NCBI GenBank assembly: GCA_964016885.1
Contig: OZ024755.1
Location: 10,974,001 to 11,038,000 of the forward strand
DNA from: Eledone cirrhosa
Lineage: Eukaryota
Direction of reading: 5' to 3'
DNA length: 64,000 nt
A program made the position numbers and the translations under genes. How positions within the stretch are numbered: position 1 is the first letter of the stretch; every line of letters begins with the position of its first letter. Of the stretch, positions 57,122 to 64,000 are shown one piece after another. The notes below the pieces were generated by a model. It was not told the DNA's origin. It saw only the letters and a program-made list of their open reading frames with translations, and did no database searches.

Positions 57122-58154
57122 CGACTACAATAACAACTAACTAAATAAATAAATGAACAAATAAATAATGAAACAAAATGAACCAAAACAAAAACTACAA
57201 ATTGATGGGAGAGAGAGACTAGGGGTTGAATGAAGGCATCTAATTCTTTTCAAAATTCCATACGTGTTTTATTACTATATTTTCGCTATAAATACTTACA
57301 ATGTGTTGATGATAAGAGACGAAACTTATCGATTATATATTGATGAAGTTAGACGAAACCTATCGATCTCGACAATTAAACCAATTTCATCGGAGAATTA
57401 CAACAAAGGTGTAAAGGAGAACTTCTACCGAACTTAATGTGTAAAAGTTTCCCAATTAAATCATTACTGTTGATTTATAAGTAACTTTATTTTATTAATT
57501 CAGAAATAATATGTCTGTCTGGGCAAATACCTATACGGAAATAAGAAGCCCCAGGCAAAACGAATCTGCACTGCAACCCAGTTTTGATTCAAGATAAAAA
57601 GAATTATATATAATATTGATAATATTAATTCCCCCGACTGTTACTACATTTATTGTCTGCGTTTGTAATGCTATCATTTCCAAATTCATATACCTATCTA
57701 TCTATCTATCTATCTCTCTCTCTATCTCTCTCTCACTCTCAAGCTCTCTCTCTCTCTCACTATATATTTTTTTTTTCTGAAATGCTTGTGTAATCTGAAG
57801 CTGATGTCTGTAGATGTCTGAAGCTGATGTCTGTAGTATTGAAAAGTCCAAGTAGCTCCACACCTTACTCTATTACCTGAATGTGTCCCAATCTGTATAA
57901 CTAACCCAGTTATTAAAACAGAATAAATTGTTGATAATGTTATGGAATTCTTTTGCTTCCTATTTTGAGATTTTAATTGTTATTGTGAACAATTTTAATT
58001 GTTCTAACTATGGAGGAAGCCAAATACCATACTATTTTCTTTTCCAGTTAAACTGAATAGTTAGCCATTTACGTTTCTTAGATTCTTCTATCAACAAGTT
58101 CATGAAAAAAAGGTATTTTGGGATTAGATTTTAAACAAGATTTTAAACAACCTA

Positions 58155-58288
<134 letters not shown>

Positions 58289-59668
58289 AGTGTGGCCACA
58301 ATCTAATGACTATATATGTACATAGAAAGAACCAGAGAGAGAGAGAAACAAGATCGCTTGAATTACAAAGCATTGGGAAATTTGAAATTGGAAAATGCAT
58401 TCGCCACAATGCAGTTTACTATAATAATAGTTGAATAAATCGTGAATTCTACCAAGCACATCTTTAATCTCATGTGGCTTGTCTACATATGTGGGATTAG
58501 AAAAATGATTTTAAATGCGTGTCTAGAAGTATCCGGCGAGTAACAATGTGTCACAGAGTTTCCTGAGAACGATCGGCAACATTAAGACAGCTTCTCCAAG
58601 TTAATTTTACTTTTATACTTTCGCTTTTTTTGTGTGTATGTATTTAAGTATATATTATGTATGTGTGTGTGTGTATGTATGTGTATGTGTGTACATGTGA
58701 TTATGTGTATCTATGTCTGTGTTTTCTTTTATGCCTGTGATTATATCTTAGTTAATAACTTAGCGGTACGATGCAACGAAGTCAATCATATAAGAACCAG
58801 ATTTGGAAAGAACAATAAATAATGGGGTCGATATGATGTACTCAATATATTCAAGGCAGTGTTCCAGCATGGCCGCGATCTAATGACTGAAAAGAGTGAA
58901 AGAGTAAATGAGTGAAAGTGTTTATATTTTCAAGTTTTCTTAACTTGAAGTTTAAAACTTTCATTTCTTTCTTTCTCTCGATACTAAATCGTTTCATCAA
59001 CAATTGATGACTAACTCTGATTACAAGGAAAAGACAATCGATACCAACACATTTCCATGTGATAAATGAGGAAACTCATTGATTGATTAATTGATCTTCG
59101 ATTTTCATATTCCCGGTCAGTTAATAGATATAAATTACATTATAGTGTTAATAAGATTCGTTCAATAAATGTATATACATTCGTACATATGTACACACAC
59201 ATACAATATATATATGTATGTATATATATGTGGGGGGTGTATACTATGTAATGGTATCGATGTATATATATATATATATATAAACGTTTTATTGTAAATC
59301 TTCGTTTTATCCGTTTATTTACATGTGTGTGTAGAAGCGTTTGTGTACAGTCATACATGCCAGCTATATATTCATGGCAGTGCCCATAAGTATAGAGATT
59401 AAGAGAGAAGAATTGGTGAGAAAGTCTGGAAGCAAAGAAACGATCGAACAGATAATTGTATTAGTTTTACCTGAGCGGTCGTTCACCGTATCGCCGTGTT
59501 CTAATACCTGACTATTAATAGCCTCATAATCCAACGCACCTGTCAAGAAATTAGTCTCAGCGTGTTAATTGGAAAATAATTATACAAATGCATATATTCA
59601 AACACACACAGACGTACACAATTCAAATGTATGTATATACACACACACACACACACACACATATATAT

Positions 59669-59942
59669 GCAAAAGTTCTATTTAAAATTGTTGGGATACA
59701 ACAAGTAAATATTTTATAACTGATATAAAGCATTCGACAAGTTTTTGGAGTAGACAGCTTCCAAAAACAGCTTCCAGAAATAATGGTTGCATCTAATAGG
59801 GTACGTCAAAATTATTTATAAAACTGTTTATATATTGTATTTTGTCTGATGAAGGCATACCATATTTTAATTTGGTATCCCTGAAATATATATAATGAAA
59901 TAAATATGGTTTTATAAATATAGTTTTCATTTATTTAATATC

Positions 59943-59945
<3 letters not shown>
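59669..59945. mobile_element. Family E element, second copy, with hammerhead-like motif on + (59841-59897)
   Basis: CTGATGA-aggcatacca tattttaatt tggtatccct-GAAA-TATA-TA; the left 85 bp is the inverted distal tail seen at 49350-49440. Confidence 0.75.
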
Positions 59946-59989
<44 letters not shown>

Positions 59990-62100
59990 TGTGTGTGTGT
60001 GTGTGTTGGGCATCCACTGATGATTTATAAGTGCCCACCTGCATATATTCCTATAGACTATGTGTAGGCTTCTACATAACCTGGACATTATTTTCCCAAC
60101 TTGTAGAAAACTTATAATGAAACGATCGTTTTGAAAGAGGGATGTATTTTTTTATGTCTCATATAAAATAATACAACTGGCTATCCGCAAAATACGTATA
60201 GTTAACACCCCAAACGTATAATTGGGATTATATTAAGGTATATCCTAATGTTTGTTGAGTGAGACGGAAGTCGATCGGAGTATTGCTTAAAGCTTTCTCT
60301 GTTAATGTATTAAATACATATATATATATATAGTGAAAATGCGGTTTAAATTCGCTGAAGGGAAATGGAATAGGAAGGAGGAGCAAAAAACGAGGTTAAG
60401 TAAAATGTACTAAAGTGACCTCAAGTGGAGAAGTAAGGAGGCATTCAAAATCAAGTGGGGAGGTTATACTTCACTTTTGTCTTGATGGAATTAACTTTCG
60501 TTCTCATAGAAGGTATTAAATTATCCTTCATAAATTCTATGTTGCCAACTCTGGTTGTGTAGACCTATGTCTAAAACCATTTTCATACCAAACTGCCTGA
60601 AACTAACCCTGGTTCTATGATACAAAACTTTTTGTTTTAAAGTGTCTATATTTATTTATAAAACTTCCATCGAGATTTTATGTATGAACCTTTTTTTTAA
60701 CTTAAGTTCGAAACACCAGAAACTGAATTATATTATTAAATCTTTCAAATTCCTTGATTATTTTCTAAATCATTTAAGAATGATATGCAGTGTCTTTCAT
60801 CAGACTTGGTAATGAAATGAGTTAAAAGCGCTCTGACATCACCATTCCATCTAATATTTAGAATATAGTGTAGTTGCTCTTCATTCTTTAAGGGTGGATA
60901 AAGAAAGTGCCAGTCCAGTGCTGGTGCTGCCCTGTCACATGCCGAATGTTTCACTGGATAAATTTCAAGAGTATAGAGGGTGGGTCTGTGTCTGCTCATA
61001 ACTGCTTTAGTATCTAAAACCTTTAGCGAAAGCATCGAACTTACTACCAAGTTATACTCTTTTACGTGTGGCTGCCGTAATCTTTAGAAATTTAACCAAC
61101 ACTATATTATACAATGTATCTTTAATGTTTTAAGGTTTGCTTTTAGCTATTTTTTCCTATATTATTTACAACTCGTTGAAGAATTAATTTTGAGTTTTGA
61201 AAGCAAAAGAAAATATTTTAAATTAGAAGTTATGAAAAATTGTATTCACCGAGGAAATACACACGGAAATAATTAAATTTCAAATGAAATCAAATTATAA
61301 TTAAACAAATTAGTTATTTTTTATTGTTGAAATGATATTCTAAATATGTTTTCAGCTAACACATGACAAAACACAATTTTTTTTAAAATATATTCTTAAT
61401 AATTTCAGAGTTGTAATTCTCTGGCAAGTGGCTTGATTTGAGACGATGTAAACTAATCATATCATGAAGGAGGCATTTTTGTGTTAGTGACTAGGTCACT
61501 GACACAGCGTGAACCAGTGATGAGGTCACTGGGTCATGCTGATTCTCCCTGATAATTATATTGGTGGCTAAGGATAAAACGTACCATCAAGAATTGAAGT
61601 CTTGACTCTGTATTCGCGATCCAATCCCCTTAGCCACTAAGCCACGCACCTTCATATGAAATGAATGACACTTTTGTTTATTCTGTAACTCATCTGACAC
61701 TATCTATCCTATTGGTTTCCGTCAATGTTTGTTCTAAAACCTTTTGATCTAATCATTTATACTCGTGCAACCATAATAATAAGTGGTATTCTTTCACTTT
61801 TTGTCCTTTATCTCTCAGCCAAGCATATACTTCCTCTCATACTACATCTGTTTGCTTGACACACTGCCTATGTAATACATTTTTCTTTTGTTTTACTTTC
61901 TTTACAGATTTTTTTTCCTTTATTTCTTTTTTCTTTTGTCTTTTATGAAATGTGTTTTTAAAGCTATTATGTTATAAATTCCCCCATTGATCTTCATGAC
62001 TGCACATATATGCTTCGTTTTGCTTTACTTTCCCCAGCATACTTCTCTATTCATATCATGTTTTCATGTGTACCAAGCATGCATCATTTTTCTTGCTCTG

Positions 62101-62187
<87 letters not shown>

Positions 62188-62247
62188 CATCTCCTCATCT
62201 CTCTCTGTCTCTCCATCTCCTCTCTCTCTCTCTCTCGCTCTCTCTCC

Positions 62248-62286
<39 letters not shown>

Positions 62287-62596
62287 ATTTATGCAAGTTG
62301 CTAATGTTGCTTCCTGGATGATGCAGATTGCACTTTGCTAGCAGCTATCTATTATTTTCATTAAGCTGTCTTTCTTGTTTGTCTAGTGATACGGGTGTCG
62401 GGCTCTCGATGGTAAAGTTGTGGGTTCAATTCCCAGAACTGTAGGCATCTTGTGCTTTGTGTGATGCACTTCCTCTCGCGTTCATCTAGTTTCTTTATAT
62501 GTGTGTATATGTCCGTATCTCCTGGTGGAGTTTTAGAGATACTGCAGTGACATACGGCGTTTCTAGGGCATTCTTTTAAACGTGGCGAGTAATGAT

Positions 62597-62785
62597 AATG
62601 GTTTCTGATTTAGACACAGGTTCAACAATTGGGGGGGGGCGAGGAAAGTCGATTACATCGACCCCAGTAAATGCCTCCGGAAGGATGAAAGGCAAAGCTA
62701 ACCTTGGCGGGATTTGAACTCAGAACGTGAAGAGACGTAACTCTATGCCGAAAAGCATGTTATTCAACCGACGATCTACCAATAG
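62597..62785 (-). mobile_element. SINE family 1
   Basis: ggtttctgatttagacacagg..gtcgattacatcgaccccag..aaggatgaaaggcaaagctaaccttggcgggatttgaactcagaacg. Confidence 0.85.
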
Positions 62786-63362
62786 CTTCAATTAATGATA
62801 ATGTAGTATACTTATTGGAAATATTGGTAATCATTAATATCGGAGGTGAAGGGAAATTAAAACATCTGTAGACATCTGTAGAACGAAACACTGAACGACG
62901 TCTGTAGAACGAAACAAATTCATTGTATTTTACACCTCGACAGAGTCGCCCATAAAAATAAACTAAAAAAAACACCATCAAACTTTACTAAACTTTAAAC
63001 AATAGACTGGAACCTTCTCTATAATAGACCTTTGCCCAATTCATACGAATAAACATTTATACGATCGAAAGATTTAGTATCTCAAGAGAATACACTTTGT
63101 TTTTGAAATATTTATTTTTTAATATCAAATGTTGGTGGGGAGAGAAGGGGGTGTTTGCACGTAAGTCTGTCTGGGTGATAATAACAATAGTAATAACAAT
63201 GCTGCTGCTACTGCTGCTACTTCTGCTGTTGCTACTGATGATGATGATGATAGTGATGATGATGATGATGATGATGAGAAGGAGGTGGAGGTGGAGGATG
63301 TTGCTGTTCTGCTCCATACTCTATTGCGCAGTCATAAAACTTCAAACGTTTTGTGCTTATAT

Positions 63363-63447
<85 letters not shown>

Positions 63448-63495
63448 CATATATATATGTGTGTGTGTGAGAGAGAGAGCCTCTGTGTGTGTGTG

Positions 63496-63530
<35 letters not shown>

Positions 63531-63622
63531 TACATATATATATATACATATAAGTTTTTCTCTCACAAGCACACACATTTACACACATACACCACACGTT
63601 TGTGAATGTGTATATATATATA

Positions 63623-63681
<59 letters not shown>

Positions 63682-64000
63682 GTGTGTGTGTGTGAGTGTG
63701 TGTGTGTAAATGTGTGTAGAGAAATTTCGAGAAATGAAAAAGCTCTAAAATCTGTTTATATATTTATTTGTTGTTATTGTATTTACTTCTGAAAAACGCA
63801 TTCACTTCAAACCTAAGTATTAGGTCGATTAATCACTCACTTCCTCACTCTCATTCACGAAGTATTCCGTCGTGGCCCAACATGGAGTGGAGTGTGAACC
63901 ACTAAGACTTAAAGTACCCAAGACACGCCATGCGTTTCAATGGCGACCTTACGACTTTAATTTTAATTTTCAGGAGACCCAGGAGTAGAACTAAGACTGC

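Noticed and set aside
63974-64000. ttttcag acceptor-like site as the next KCNQ exon
   Set aside because: Would read G-D-P-G-V-E-L-R-L in phase, not the expected D-I/L..S3 helix; also cut off by the window end.

Overview
AT-rich, microsatellite-saturated animal DNA. The SINE families and repeat content suggest a coleoid cephalopod, probably an octopus (inference). The window is almost entirely intronic: the only host coding sequence I can support is two + strand exons of a KCNQ/Kv7 potassium channel gene, 25759-25849 (91 nt, S1 region) and 45954-46080 (127 nt, S2 and S2-S3 linker), separated by a ~20.1 kb intron. Most ORFs in the track are microsatellite artefacts. The introns hold two SINE families, four 3' pieces of a Tx1/L1-clade LINE that all abut (GATA)n, a decayed pogo/Tigger transposase, a FLYWCH/MULE remnant and a 76-bp Tc1/mariner-type MITE. 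The most striking signal is a set of short non-coding fold-back elements from several unrelated families, inserted into (TA)n. They share a long-arm/short-arm inverted architecture and carry minimal type I hammerhead ribozyme motifs: about ten complete or near-complete copies plus fragments. These include U3-A8 compensatory core variants and a family with GCAA in place of GAAA. They look like non-autonomous Penelope-like derivatives. All RNA structures were paired by eye; no folding or database search was run.
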